64,000 nucleotides of DNA from positions 5,759-69,758 of the forward strand of contig JAIETW010000002.1 in NCBI GenBank assembly GCA_019744845.1, given 5' to 3'. The position numbers and the translations under genes were made by a program. This DNA is from Patescibacteria group bacterium (lineage in GTDB: Bacteria > Patescibacteriota > Minisyncoccia > Phycocordibacterales > Phycocordibacteraceae). Shown here one piece after another: positions 41,060 through 50,705 of this stretch; position 1 is the first letter of the stretch; every line of letters begins with the position of its first letter. Under the pieces are notes generated by a model, which ran no database searches, was not told where the DNA came from, and saw nothing but the letters and a program-made list of their open reading frames with translations.

Positions 41060-43210
41060 ATGGAAAAGGTTACGCGATATATAGTCCTCGCGGCCCTATT
41101 TCTCATCCCCTTTATCCCGCTCTACGTAGCGAACGGCTCCTTCTTTCCCTTTATTGCAGGGAAGGGGTTTGCCTTCCGCATTCTGGTGGAGATCGCCTTT
41201 TTCGGGTGGTTGATCCTTGCGTTTGCGAATAAAGAGTACCGTCCACGCTTCTCGTGGACCTTCCTTATATATGGAGTGTTCGCCGTATGGATGTTTATCG
41301 CGAACCTCTTTGCGATAGACCCGCAGAAAGCGTTCTGGAGTAACTTTGAGCGCATGGATGGATGGGTGACCATCGCACACCTCCTGATGTTCTTTGTAGT
41401 GGCTGGGGTGATGTTTGCGAAAGAGGCACTCCGACAGACCTGGTGGCGTGTATTTATTGCTGGTGCGGCACTGACGTGTAGTGTCGGGCTGCTTCAACTT
41501 GCAGGGTTCTTCCCAATCAATCAGGGTGCACTCCGCGTGGATGCAACCTTTGGGAATGCAATTTACTTTGCTGTGTATCTGATGTTCGCGCTTGGCGTTA
41601 CGATTTGGCAAGCATTCCGTGCACAAGGATGGATACGCTTCGCACTCTTGGTACTTGCCGCAGTTGAGCTCGTTCTGCTTCTTCTTACCGCGTCGCGCGG
41701 TGCACTCATCGCGACCTTCGGCGCGCTTGTGTTTGCTGCATTGTGGACGGCGTGGCGCGCAGGTCCGAGTGGCCGCAAGGCAGCCGTCGCTACATTGGTA
41801 GGGCTCGTCGTCGTGGTGGGCGGATTCTTCCTTGTCCGTAATACGCCGATGGTGACCAGTGAGCCCGTAATTGCGCGGCTTGCCACGGTCTTCTCTATTG
41901 GGGAAGAGCTGCAGACCCGATTTGCGATCTGGGACATCGCGCTCAAGGGAGTCGCAGAGCGTCCAGTGACTGGATGGGGTCAGGAAGGATTCAATTATGT
42001 ATTTACGAAATACTACGAACCATCCTTGTATGCACAGGAGCCGTTCTTTGATCGCGCACACAATACCTACCTTGATTGGTTAATTGCGGGCGGTGTACCT
42101 GCGCTCTTGCTGTTCCTCGGGCTTCTTCTGACGAGCGTGATCGCTCTTATGCGTGCACCGATTACTCGTGATGAGCGGCTGCTCCTTCTCTCATTGTTGG
42201 TGGCCTACGGCATTCAGGCACTGGTAGTGTTTGATAATCTTTTTACCTACGTCCCGCTCATCTTCATTCTTGCGACTGCACATATTGTTTCCTCCCGTCC
42301 AATTAAATCTCTAGAACAGGCAGGAACGATTCCAGAGGAAGGGCTCGGTATTGTAGTGGTGCCTGCAGTTTTGGCGGTGTTTGTTGCCGTACTGTGGCTC
42401 GTGAATGTACCGAACATTGCGACGATGAATGGCCTCATCACCGCACAGCGCCCGAATCAAGCAGGAGTCGCAGAAAACTACCGTCTCTTTGAAGAGGTCA
42501 CTACTCACAATTCCTTTGGATCTCAAGAAGTCGCAGAGCAGCTTGCACAGTTTTCTATACGAGTGGCTGCGGAGCCGTCTATTCCTGATCAAGTAAAGCT
42601 GCAGTTCCTCTCTCTTGCACTTAAGGAGATTGATGAGGAGATTGCGCGCATTCCGCGAGAAGTGCGTTTGTACCTCCAGCGCGCTGCAATCTTCCGCGCA
42701 GCAGGAGACTATGAAAACGCAATTCGTTCCATAGACGCTGCGCTCGCTATTTCTCCGAAGAAACAAACGATTCTTATAGAGAAGGGACTCACGCTGGGGA
42801 AGGCAGGACAGACCACTTCATCACGTGAGACGTTCTACGAAGCATACAATCTTGATACCTCATTCACTGACACCCTTATTCTCTTTGCCGCGAGCGAGAT
42901 AGAGAATGGTCGCGTGGCACATGCACATAGTATGTTGCTTACTGAATTCGGTACGACGACAGTAGATCATGATGCACTCTGGGCGGCCTACGCAGGAACG
43001 AATAACCTCACGGAGCTGGTCACCCTTCAGCGCCTCCGTATTAGTAATATGAATGATGCGCCCGAGCAGCGTTTCTTGCTCGCACGCATCCTCGGGTTTG
43101 CGGGTCAGAAAGAAGAGGCGTTTGCGGAGATTGCGGCGCTTGTGGCAGAGTACCCGCAGTTTAGAGCAGACGCTGCTACTATTCGTGCTCAAATTGAAGC
43201 GCTTCCGTAA
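41060..43210 (+). CDS. O-antigen-ligase (Wzy_C) family protein with C-terminal TPRs
   Basis: SNFERMDG, ATFGN, TASRGA, RF.IW, GWGQEGF, FDRAHNTYLD; TPR-like GDYENAIRSIDAALAISPK. Confidence 0.85.
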   Translation: MEKVTRYIVLAALFLIPFIPLYVANGSFFPFIAGKGFAFRILVEIAFFGWLILAFANKEYRPRFSWTFLIYGVFAVWMFIANLFAIDPQKAFWSNFERMDGWVTIAHLLMFFVVAGVMFAKEALRQTWWRVFIAGAALTCSVGLLQLAGFFPINQGALRVDATFGNAIYFAVYLMFALGVTIWQAFRAQGWIRFALLVLAAVELVLLLLTASRGALIATFGALVFAALWTAWRAGPSGRKAAVATLVGLVVVVGGFFLVRNTPMVTSEPVIARLATVFSIGEELQTRFAIWDIALKGVAERPVTGWGQEGFNYVFTKYYEPSLYAQEPFFDRAHNTYLDWLIAGGVPALLLFLGLLLTSVIALMRAPITRDERLLLLSLLVAYGIQALVVFDNLFTYVPLIFILATAHIVSSRPIKSLEQAGTIPEEGLGIVVVPAVLAVFVAVLWLVNVPNIATMNGLITAQRPNQAGVAENYRLFEEVTTHNSFGSQEVAEQLAQFSIRVAAEPSIPDQVKLQFLSLALKEIDEEIARIPREVRLYLQRAAIFRAAGDYENAIRSIDAALAISPKKQTILIEKGLTLGKAGQTTSSRETFYEAYNLDTSFTDTLILFAASEIENGRVAHAHSMLLTEFGTTTVDHDALWAAYAGTNNLTELVTLQRLRISNMNDAPEQRFLLARILGFAGQKEEAFAEIAALVAEYPQFRADAATIRAQIEALP

Positions 43211-44227
43211 ATGACTATCCAAGAACACGTACCACTCGCAAGCCTCACCACCCTTCGTGTGGGCGGCCCTGCGTCGTATGTGGCGACCTGTACGAGTGTA
43301 GAGGATGTGCGTGAAGCACTTGTCTTTGCCAAAGAACATAGCCTTCCATACTACGTACTTGGCGGGGGAAGTAATGTGCTTGCGCCCGATGAGGGATACA
43401 AGGGAGTGATGATCCTGGTGCGGCTTCTGGGACTTGAATATATTGACGAGGGAACGCGAGTGTTGATGAAGTCATCTGCGGGAGAGTCGTGGGATGCGGT
43501 GGTAGAGGAAGCCGCCGCACGCGGACTCTGGGGTATAGAAAACCTCGCGGGGATTCCCGGCACTATTGGTGCGGCACCTATCCAGAACATCGGTGCGTAC
43601 GGCGCAGAGCTAAAAGACACACTTGATTCAGTTGAAGTACTAGATGCAGATACTGGGGAGGTGCGAACTCTTTCTGTAGAGGAATGCGAACTTGCGTATC
43701 GTGATAGTCGTTTTAAACGGGAACCACATCTGATTGTCACCAAAGTTACCTTGGCGCTCCAAAAGAACGGCACACCAAAGATTGAGTACAAAGACTTATT
43801 GAAGGCACAAGAACAGGGCGCTGATCTTTCGTCACCTGCCGCAATAGGGAAGGTGGTGCGTGAGGTGCGTGGTGATAAGTTTCCTGATCTTCGTACGACT
43901 GGCACCGCAGGATCTTTCTTTAAGAATCCCATTTTGACTTCAGAGAAGTACGCTGCGCTTAAAGAGTTGTATGGAGAGGTACCAAGTTTCCCACATCCGC
44001 ACGGTATAAAGATTCCACTTGCGTTTGTGCTTGATCGCGTCCTCAATCTTCGCGGATTCCGCCAAGGACCAGCATGGCTTTTTGGTTCGCAGCCACTTGT
44101 GCTTGCACTTGATCGCGAAGGACGTGCAGAAGATGTTGAATCACTTGCACGACTCGTAGAACAAAAAGTTTTTGACGCGACAGGTATTACGATTGAACGA
44201 GAAGTGCGTTCAATGCCACATGCATAA
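43211..44227 (+). CDS. murB: UDP-N-acetylenolpyruvylglucosamine reductase
   Basis: TTLRVGG, LGGGSN, IPGTIGAAPIQNIGAYG, YRDS.FK, AGSFFKNP, EREV. Confidence 0.95.
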   Translation: MTIQEHVPLASLTTLRVGGPASYVATCTSVEDVREALVFAKEHSLPYYVLGGGSNVLAPDEGYKGVMILVRLLGLEYIDEGTRVLMKSSAGESWDAVVEEAAARGLWGIENLAGIPGTIGAAPIQNIGAYGAELKDTLDSVEVLDADTGEVRTLSVEECELAYRDSRFKREPHLIVTKVTLALQKNGTPKIEYKDLLKAQEQGADLSSPAAIGKVVREVRGDKFPDLRTTGTAGSFFKNPILTSEKYAALKELYGEVPSFPHPHGIKIPLAFVLDRVLNLRGFRQGPAWLFGSQPLVLALDREGRAEDVESLARLVEQKVFDATGITIEREVRSMPHA

Positions 44228-44265
44228 AATTTTTCTCGCAAAAACTAAAAACAGTTTTTGAAAAG

Positions 44266-44274
44266 TTATCCACA
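44266..44274 (+). promoter_or_regulatory. Perfect DnaA box
   Basis: TTATCCACA in an AT-rich intergenic region. Confidence 0.5.
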
Positions 44275-44406
44275 GCTCGCGTTTTATTCCAACAAAAAAT
44301 TCTTGCACGCGCAATAATACATATAGAACACATTCGCGCGTAGCACAAAAATGTTTGCGCGAAACGTGGGTCGACATGATCAGTCGTAGTAAATTCTAGA
44401 ATACCT

Positions 44407-44529
44407 ATGGCAGCAAAAAAGAAGGCCGCAAAGAAGACTGCAAAGCGCAAGCCAGCAGCAAAGAAGAAGACCGTCAAGAAGGCCGCAAAGAAGACCACGA
44501 AGCGCAAGACCACCAAGAAGCGCATCTAG
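44407..44529 (+). CDS. Histone H1-like Lys/Ala-rich microprotein, 40 aa (not in ORF track)
   Basis: MAAKKKAAKKTAKRKPAAKKKTVKKAAKKTTKRKTTKKRI*. CCTATG start; own terminator; strong AAG codon bias. Confidence 0.8.
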   Translation: MAAKKKAAKKTAKRKPAAKKKTVKKAAKKTTKRKTTKKRI

Positions 44530-44545
44530 TGTTACTCTTGAGAAA

Positions 44546-44576
44546 GCACCCCGGGAAATCGGGGTGTTTCCTTTTT
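44546..44576 (+). terminator. Intrinsic terminator
   Basis: GCACCCCGG-gaaa-TCGGGGTGT-TTCCTTTTT. Confidence 0.75.
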
Positions 44577-44624
44577 ATATACCGCTAGAAGAAAGGCTTT
44601 ATACGAGGTATAGTGAGCCCCATT

Positions 44625-47147
44625 ATGGCAAGTTTCCTTGGGCGGATGTTCAATAAGAACCAGTCCTCGGCCTTTATTAAGGCTGCGGGATCGCTCGTCA
44701 CGAAGGCGGGGGCACTTTCAGGTACCCTAGAGGCCCTTTCTCGGGAAGAGCTTGCGGCACGCCTCAAAGAGGTACGGGAGCGTACGGGCGGTGTTCCGGA
44801 AAGCGACGCCGACATCGCAGAAGTATTTGCACTCGTACGAGAAAGTTCTCGTCGTACACTTAAGGAGCGTCACTACGACGTGCAGCTTATTGGTGGTCTT
44901 GCGCTTGCGCGAGGAAAGATTGCAGAGATGCGCACCGGAGAAGGAAAGACGCTGGTGGCTACTCTTGCTGCCACCCTCCACGCCCTTGCAGGTAAGGGAG
45001 TCCATATTGTGACGGTGAACGATTATCTCGCACGTCGTGACGGTGCGTGGATGGGACAGATCTACGGCTATCTCGGTCTTTCAGTAGGGGTCGTGACCTC
45101 AACTGGCGCATATCTGTATGATCCTTCGCATACAGAGTCAGCTGAAGATGTGAAGCGCGATGAAGAGGGTTCATTCCGCGTGTTCTATGACTTCCTTCGC
45201 CCCGTTTCTAAGAAGGAAGCCTACGCGGCCGATATCACGTACGCGACCAACAACGAATTAGGTTTTGATTATCTTCGTGATAATACCGCGTACGAGCCAG
45301 CGCAGATCATGACGCGCGGTTGTCACTACGCAATCATAGACGAAATAGACTCCATTCTTATAGATGAGGCCCGTACTCCTCTTATCATCTCTGGTCCTGC
45401 AGAAGATTCCGGCGGTCTCTATGAGCGATTCTCCAAAATTATCGTTGGATTTGTGCCTGAAGAGGACTACGTAGTTGATGAAAAGCTTAAGGCTGTCCAG
45501 ATTACGGAAAACGGCATACGAAAAGCAGAAGAAGCGCTAGGGATAGAGAACCTCTACACCGAAGGGGGAATGAAGTATGCGCATCACCTTGAGACGGCAG
45601 TGCGTGCAAAGGCGCTCTTTGTGAAAGATAAGGAGTATGTGGTGAAGGACGGCGAGGTAATTATTGTGGATGAATTTACTGGCCGCCTTCAGCCAGGTCG
45701 TCGCTGGTCCGAAGGACTTCACCAGGCCGTGGAAGCAAAGGAGGGTGTTCCAGTCCGTAAGGAGAGTCGCACGTACGCGTCCGTGACCTTCCAGAACTAC
45801 TTCCGTATGTACACCAAGATTGCGGGCATGACGGGTACTGGTCTTTCCGCAGAAGAGGAGTTTTATACCGTGTATGCACTGGAGGTAGTATCAGTCCCTA
45901 CAAATCGCCCTGTCGCTCGTAAGGACCATGACGATCTTATCTTTCAAAGTAATCAGGGGAAGTATCGTGCGCTTACGAAACAAATTCGTGCACTCCATGA
46001 CAAAGGGCAACCAGTTCTTATAGGAACCGTCTCCATTGAAGACAACGAAGTGGTGAGCCGCTATCTTACTGAAGCGAATATCCCGCACGAGGTGTTGAAC
46101 GCCAAGAACCACGAACGTGAAGGAGAGATCATTGCTCAGGCAGGACGAAAGGCGAAGGTGACCGTCGCGACGAACCTCGCCGGTCGTGGAGTGGACATTA
46201 AGCTTGGTGGCGCACCGAGTGCTCCTGACACCTATAAGGAGGTGGTGGAGCTTGGGGGATTGGTAGTGATCGGAACCGAGCGGCATGAAGCACGCCGTAT
46301 TGATGACCAGCTCCGTGGTCGTTCAGGACGTCAAGGAGACCCGGGTGAAACCCGATTCTATGTATCGCTTGAAGATAAGCTTATGCGCGTGTTTGCATCT
46401 GACATGTTGAAGAGAGTGATGGGTACGTTCAAGATTCCTGAGGACGAGCCTATTGAAAGCCCCCTTATTACTCGTTCTCTTGAGACCGCCCAGAAGCGTA
46501 TTGAAGGATTCAACTTTGATGCTCGTAAGCAAATCCTTGCCTACGACGATGTGATGAACACACAGCGTTTGGCCATTTACGCACGTCGTACCCGTGCGCT
46601 CTCCGCTCCTCCTGAGGAAATAGATGCACTTGTACGTGAGCTTATTGCAGGTGACGAGAATGCCCTCAAAGCCTATGAGGCAAAGCGTACCGAGTATGGC
46701 GTAGAAGTAACTACGGCGCTCATGCGAAGACTCGTGCTTCAAATCACCGATATGCTCTGGCTAGAGCAGCTTGAGGCGATGGACTACCTTCGTCGCAGTG
46801 TCTCCCTTCGTGCGTACGGTCAGCGTGACCCGCTGCTTGAGTATCGTCGGGAAGGGCTCATGCGCTTCCAGCATATGGAGGAAAATATTGCACAGAACTT
46901 CCGTGATGCACTTCCACGTGTACAGGCTGCAGACGAAGCAAAGATTCGTGCCGCAGAGGAGAAGGCTCGTCAGGCCGTGCTTGCGGCAAGTGAAGCAGGA
47001 GCAGGTGGAGCACAGGGTCCAGTCGTGAAAGGGGAGATGCCAGGGCGCAACGATACAGTTACTATTCGTAATGGAGAAGAGACACGCACCATGAAATACA
47101 AAAAAGCAGAACCCTTCATTGCAGAAGGGTGGGAACTCGTACGCTAA
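44625..47147 (+). CDS. secA: Preprotein translocase ATPase SecA
   Basis: EMRTGEGKTL, VTVNDYLARRD, FDYLRDN, IDEIDSILIDEARTPLIISG, GRGVDIKLG, QLRGRSGRQGDPG. Confidence 0.97.
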   Translation: MASFLGRMFNKNQSSAFIKAAGSLVTKAGALSGTLEALSREELAARLKEVRERTGGVPESDADIAEVFALVRESSRRTLKERHYDVQLIGGLALARGKIAEMRTGEGKTLVATLAATLHALAGKGVHIVTVNDYLARRDGAWMGQIYGYLGLSVGVVTSTGAYLYDPSHTESAEDVKRDEEGSFRVFYDFLRPVSKKEAYAADITYATNNELGFDYLRDNTAYEPAQIMTRGCHYAIIDEIDSILIDEARTPLIISGPAEDSGGLYERFSKIIVGFVPEEDYVVDEKLKAVQITENGIRKAEEALGIENLYTEGGMKYAHHLETAVRAKALFVKDKEYVVKDGEVIIVDEFTGRLQPGRRWSEGLHQAVEAKEGVPVRKESRTYASVTFQNYFRMYTKIAGMTGTGLSAEEEFYTVYALEVVSVPTNRPVARKDHDDLIFQSNQGKYRALTKQIRALHDKGQPVLIGTVSIEDNEVVSRYLTEANIPHEVLNAKNHEREGEIIAQAGRKAKVTVATNLAGRGVDIKLGGAPSAPDTYKEVVELGGLVVIGTERHEARRIDDQLRGRSGRQGDPGETRFYVSLEDKLMRVFASDMLKRVMGTFKIPEDEPIESPLITRSLETAQKRIEGFNFDARKQILAYDDVMNTQRLAIYARRTRALSAPPEEIDALVRELIAGDENALKAYEAKRTEYGVEVTTALMRRLVLQITDMLWLEQLEAMDYLRRSVSLRAYGQRDPLLEYRREGLMRFQHMEENIAQNFRDALPRVQAADEAKIRAAEEKARQAVLAASEAGAGGAQGPVVKGEMPGRNDTVTIRNGEETRTMKYKKAEPFIAEGWELVR

Positions 47148-47150
47148 CCT

Positions 47151-48134
47151 ATGGCTTTCGTTGATGAAATTCGGATACACGCACAAGCAGGACACGGAGG
47201 TCCGGGTGTAGTCCGCTGGGCGCATACCAAAGAAAAGGCGAAGGCAGGACCATGTGGTGGTGACGGAGGGCGCGGTGGTGACATCATCCTTGAAGGTGTG
47301 CGTGATCTTGCGGCACTTGCGTCATATCGTTTTACCAAGAAGTTTCGTGCAGAAAATGGAAAACCAGGCGGAGGAAATAATAAGCACGGTAAAGATGCAG
47401 AACCAATCGTGCTTCGTGTACCTGTCGGAACCGTCGCAAAAGTGACGACGACGGGTGAAGTGTATGAGATTCTTTCAGAAGGCCAGAGCGTAGTGATCTT
47501 TAAGGGAGGTCCGGGAGGATATGGGAACGCCCGCTTCAAAAGCTCTACAAACCAGAATCCTTTCCACACCACGAAGGGGAAACCGGGAGGGGTTGGGGAT
47601 ATCCACATTACCCTCAAATTGATCGCTGATGCGGGTCTTATAGGCTACCCGAACGCCGGTAAGTCCTCTCTATTGAACGCGCTTACCCGCGCGAGCTCCA
47701 AGGTGGGCGCCTACCCATTTACGACCCTTGACCCTCATCTCGGGGACTTCTATGGGCGTCTTCTCGCCGATATTCCAGGACTTATTGAAGGCGCATCGTC
47801 CGGGAAAGGCCTCGGCTCCAGGTTCTTGAGGCACATAGAACGCACTGGATTGCTTGTACATCTCGTCTCGTCTGAGCAAGAAGACCCTATCTTGGCGTAT
47901 AAAAAGATACGCGCTGAACTTGAAGCCTTTGGACAGGGTCTCGGCGAAAAGAGGGAGCTTGTCGTTCTTTCTAAGGCGGACCTCCTTACCCCCGAGAAAC
48001 GGGGAAATATACAGGAAGACATGCAGAAGGCCATAGGGAAGGATGTGGTCCTTTTGTCAGTAGAGGATTCAGAGCTGTTGAAGGCTTTTGCCGATCGCCT
48101 CACCAAAGAGCTCTCACAAGGGGAGGGGAAGTAG
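47151..48134 (+). CDS. obg: GTPase Obg/CgtA
   Basis: FVDE, GGDGGRGG, GYPNAGKSSL, YPFTTL, DIPGLIEGA. Confidence 0.95.
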   Translation: MAFVDEIRIHAQAGHGGPGVVRWAHTKEKAKAGPCGGDGGRGGDIILEGVRDLAALASYRFTKKFRAENGKPGGGNNKHGKDAEPIVLRVPVGTVAKVTTTGEVYEILSEGQSVVIFKGGPGGYGNARFKSSTNQNPFHTTKGKPGGVGDIHITLKLIADAGLIGYPNAGKSSLLNALTRASSKVGAYPFTTLDPHLGDFYGRLLADIPGLIEGASSGKGLGSRFLRHIERTGLLVHLVSSEQEDPILAYKKIRAELEAFGQGLGEKRELVVLSKADLLTPEKRGNIQEDMQKAIGKDVVLLSVEDSELLKAFADRLTKELSQGEGK

Positions 48135-48167
48135 CCCCCAGGGCTGCCTCTGGTGTACACTCCCTTT

Positions 48168-49556
48168 ATGAGTGCCTACCGTCCAACTATCGGACTTGAA
48201 ATACACGCCGAATTGAAGACCAGAACAAAGATGTTCTGTGACTGTCGGAATGACCCTGACGAGAAGGAGGTCAATGCGCATGTCTGTCCAATATGTCTCG
48301 CACATCCAGGCACATTGCCGACTGCAAACAAAGAAGCAGTGCGACACGTACTTCGTGTAGGTACTGCGCTCGGAGGAACACTTGCGGACTACACGGAGTT
48401 TGATCGCAAAAGTTATTTCTACCCTGACATACCGAAGGGATATCAAATCAGTCAGTACGAGCGTCCGCTTGTTTCTGGAGGAGAGTTGTCCGGGGTACAA
48501 ATTACTCGTATTCATCTGGAAGAGGATACGGCGCGATCAATGCATGCGGATGATTCTTCACTTGTAGATTTTAATCGTGCAGGGGTCCCACTCATGGAGT
48601 TGGTGACTGAGCCCGTGATTCATGACGCTAAGACCGCAGCAAATTTTGCGCGTGATCTCCAACTACTCCTTCGCACTCTTGGCGCCTCTGATGCAAATCT
48701 AGAAAAAGGTGAAATGCGTGTAGAGGCAAACATCTCAGTTTCTAAAGGAGAAGAACTTGGAACAAAAGTAGAAGTAAAAAATCTTAATTCCTTCCGTTCA
48801 GTTGAGCGTGCTATCGCTTTTGAGGTAGAGAGACAAATTGCACTACTTGAAAAGGGGGAGGTGGTCATACAGGCAACACGAGGATGGAACGAAGATAAGC
48901 AGCAGACATTCCATCAGCGCTCAAAAGAGGGGAGTGCAGACTATCGTTATTTCCCAGAACCAGATCTTCCTAAACTGAAACTTTCCGAACTCTCAGAATT
49001 CTCTTCTGAAACATTGCGTGCATCTTTGCCTGAACTTCCATGGGAACGTGTCGCACGATACGAACGCGAATTTAAACTTAAATCATCAGATAGTGCATTC
49101 ATTGTCAGCGATCTAGATCGTATTGTGTTTGCTGATCGTGTACTCGGTCTTGCAAAGAATGAAAGAGAAATAGAACTTTCAGTGAACTATTTTGTATCAG
49201 ATCTCGCAGGCACGCCTGGCAACGTAACGCCGGAGGCCTATGTTGCGCTCATGCGTCTTGCCGCGTCTGATGCACTTTCTTCACGAGGTACGAAGGAGGT
49301 ACTTGCGATTATGGTAGTAAGCGGGGGAGACCCAGAACAAATTGCAAAGGAGAAAGGTCTTATGCAGATAAGCAGCAAGGAAGATCTCCGGTCAGCGATT
49401 GAGACAGTCTTGAAGGAGCATGCAGCCGTTGTCACACAGTACAAGGAAGGGAAGGAGTCGTCACTTCAGTTCTTGGTGGGCCAGGGAATGAAGGCTACAA
49501 AGGGAGCGGGCAACCCAGCAGTAATAAAGGGGCTCATTGAGGAACTTTGTCGCTAG
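48168..49556 (+). CDS. gatB: Asp/Glu-tRNA amidotransferase subunit B
   Basis: IGLEIHAEL, FDRKSYFYPD.PKGYQISQ, HLEEDT, DFNRAGVPLMELVTEP, YRYFPEPDL. Confidence 0.97.
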   Translation: MSAYRPTIGLEIHAELKTRTKMFCDCRNDPDEKEVNAHVCPICLAHPGTLPTANKEAVRHVLRVGTALGGTLADYTEFDRKSYFYPDIPKGYQISQYERPLVSGGELSGVQITRIHLEEDTARSMHADDSSLVDFNRAGVPLMELVTEPVIHDAKTAANFARDLQLLLRTLGASDANLEKGEMRVEANISVSKGEELGTKVEVKNLNSFRSVERAIAFEVERQIALLEKGEVVIQATRGWNEDKQQTFHQRSKEGSADYRYFPEPDLPKLKLSELSEFSSETLRASLPELPWERVARYEREFKLKSSDSAFIVSDLDRIVFADRVLGLAKNEREIELSVNYFVSDLAGTPGNVTPEAYVALMRLAASDALSSRGTKEVLAIMVVSGGDPEQIAKEKGLMQISSKEDLRSAIETVLKEHAAVVTQYKEGKESSLQFLVGQGMKATKGAGNPAVIKGLIEELCR

Positions 49557-49611
49557 AGGCAACTGTTCACAATCTCTTATATCCGAGATAAAAAACGTAT
49601 ATACTTCCTAC

Positions 49612-50367
49612 ATGGATGATCTCGTTATAGAAGGCAAAACATACCTCTCCTCTAAGCGTGCTGCTGAGGTAACAGGATATGCAAAAGACTATGTTGGTCA
49701 GCTCTGCAGAGAGGGGCGTGTAGAGGCACGGCTTGTAGGGCGTAGTTGGTATGTGCTCGAACAGTCAATAAGAGAGCATCGTTTTGGTACTCCTGAGAAA
49801 GAAGTAGAGACTCAGGTAGTTCAGGCACCAATAGAGGAGAGGGTGGCAGAGGAAGAGGCATCTCCTTGGAATTCACCGAAATACATTAGCGAAGATGTAG
49901 CCCCCCTCCCAGAACTTAGACCTAAACTTGTTATAGATAAGTCACTCAACCTTCTTGCACGAACTGATGCATCCGACATAACTAGATTTGAGGCTCTAAA
50001 AATAGAAGAAGAGGAATCTCGTCTTTCCGAGGAAGTGTTGGTAGAAAAAATGGAAGTAGACGGTGCAAAAGAGGAAGATCAAGAGGTCAATATCGCAATA
50101 CATAAGGTACCCGAAGTAGAGAGAGAGCCAACTGCCTTCGTTGCTCCTTTGTCTAGGGAAAAAGAGGTAAAAAAGCCCTTACAAGACCGCCGACAGCAAA
50201 AAAAGAGAGGAAGTAACCTGGTGCATACATCAATTTTGATCGGAATAGCAATAATCTCCATCGCTGTGATACTTATAGGGACAGGCTACATAGACAGTGC
50301 ACCGTTTGAAGGACAAGAGGAAAGTATAATTGATTTTCTCGGTGGAAAGAGTTTCTATTCTAAATAA
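49612..50367 (+). CDS. Excisionase-like HTH + acidic linker + C-terminal TM protein
   Basis: YLSSKRAAEVTGYAKDYVGQLCREGRV....GRSWYV; TM ILIGIAIISIAVILIG. Start 6 nt after TATACT. Confidence 0.8.
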   Translation: MDDLVIEGKTYLSSKRAAEVTGYAKDYVGQLCREGRVEARLVGRSWYVLEQSIREHRFGTPEKEVETQVVQAPIEERVAEEEASPWNSPKYISEDVAPLPELRPKLVIDKSLNLLARTDASDITRFEALKIEEEESRLSEEVLVEKMEVDGAKEEDQEVNIAIHKVPEVEREPTAFVAPLSREKEVKKPLQDRRQQKKRGSNLVHTSILIGIAIISIAVILIGTGYIDSAPFEGQEESIIDFLGGKSFYSK

Positions 50368-50705
50368 TATATACAAAGTATCTTGTCTCGTTTGATCAAG
50401 AATTTAATAAAAATAGATATTAGTATAATTTTGCGAATTTATTGAAGTATTTTTTACTTAATATCAAGTTCTTAGTTTAAAAATGTATCTTTTTGTCTTA
50501 TTCTTTTGTTTCTATTCATACTCTTGGGAAAGGTAAGTAACATAACTTGAAATACCATCGTTTTTTGAAGAATTCTTATTTTTACTCATAAAATATTTTT
50601 CCAATAATTAATTTTTTGTTTACAAAACTATCCCCATAAAAATAAGAAATCTTTAAACGAAATTGAAGCAAGTGGCGTACAATATGAGTAGGTCGGATAT
50701 CCGAT

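Noticed and set aside
50368-50705. oriC
   Set aside because: AT-rich, but only one degenerate DnaA box and no dnaA or dnaN adjacent.
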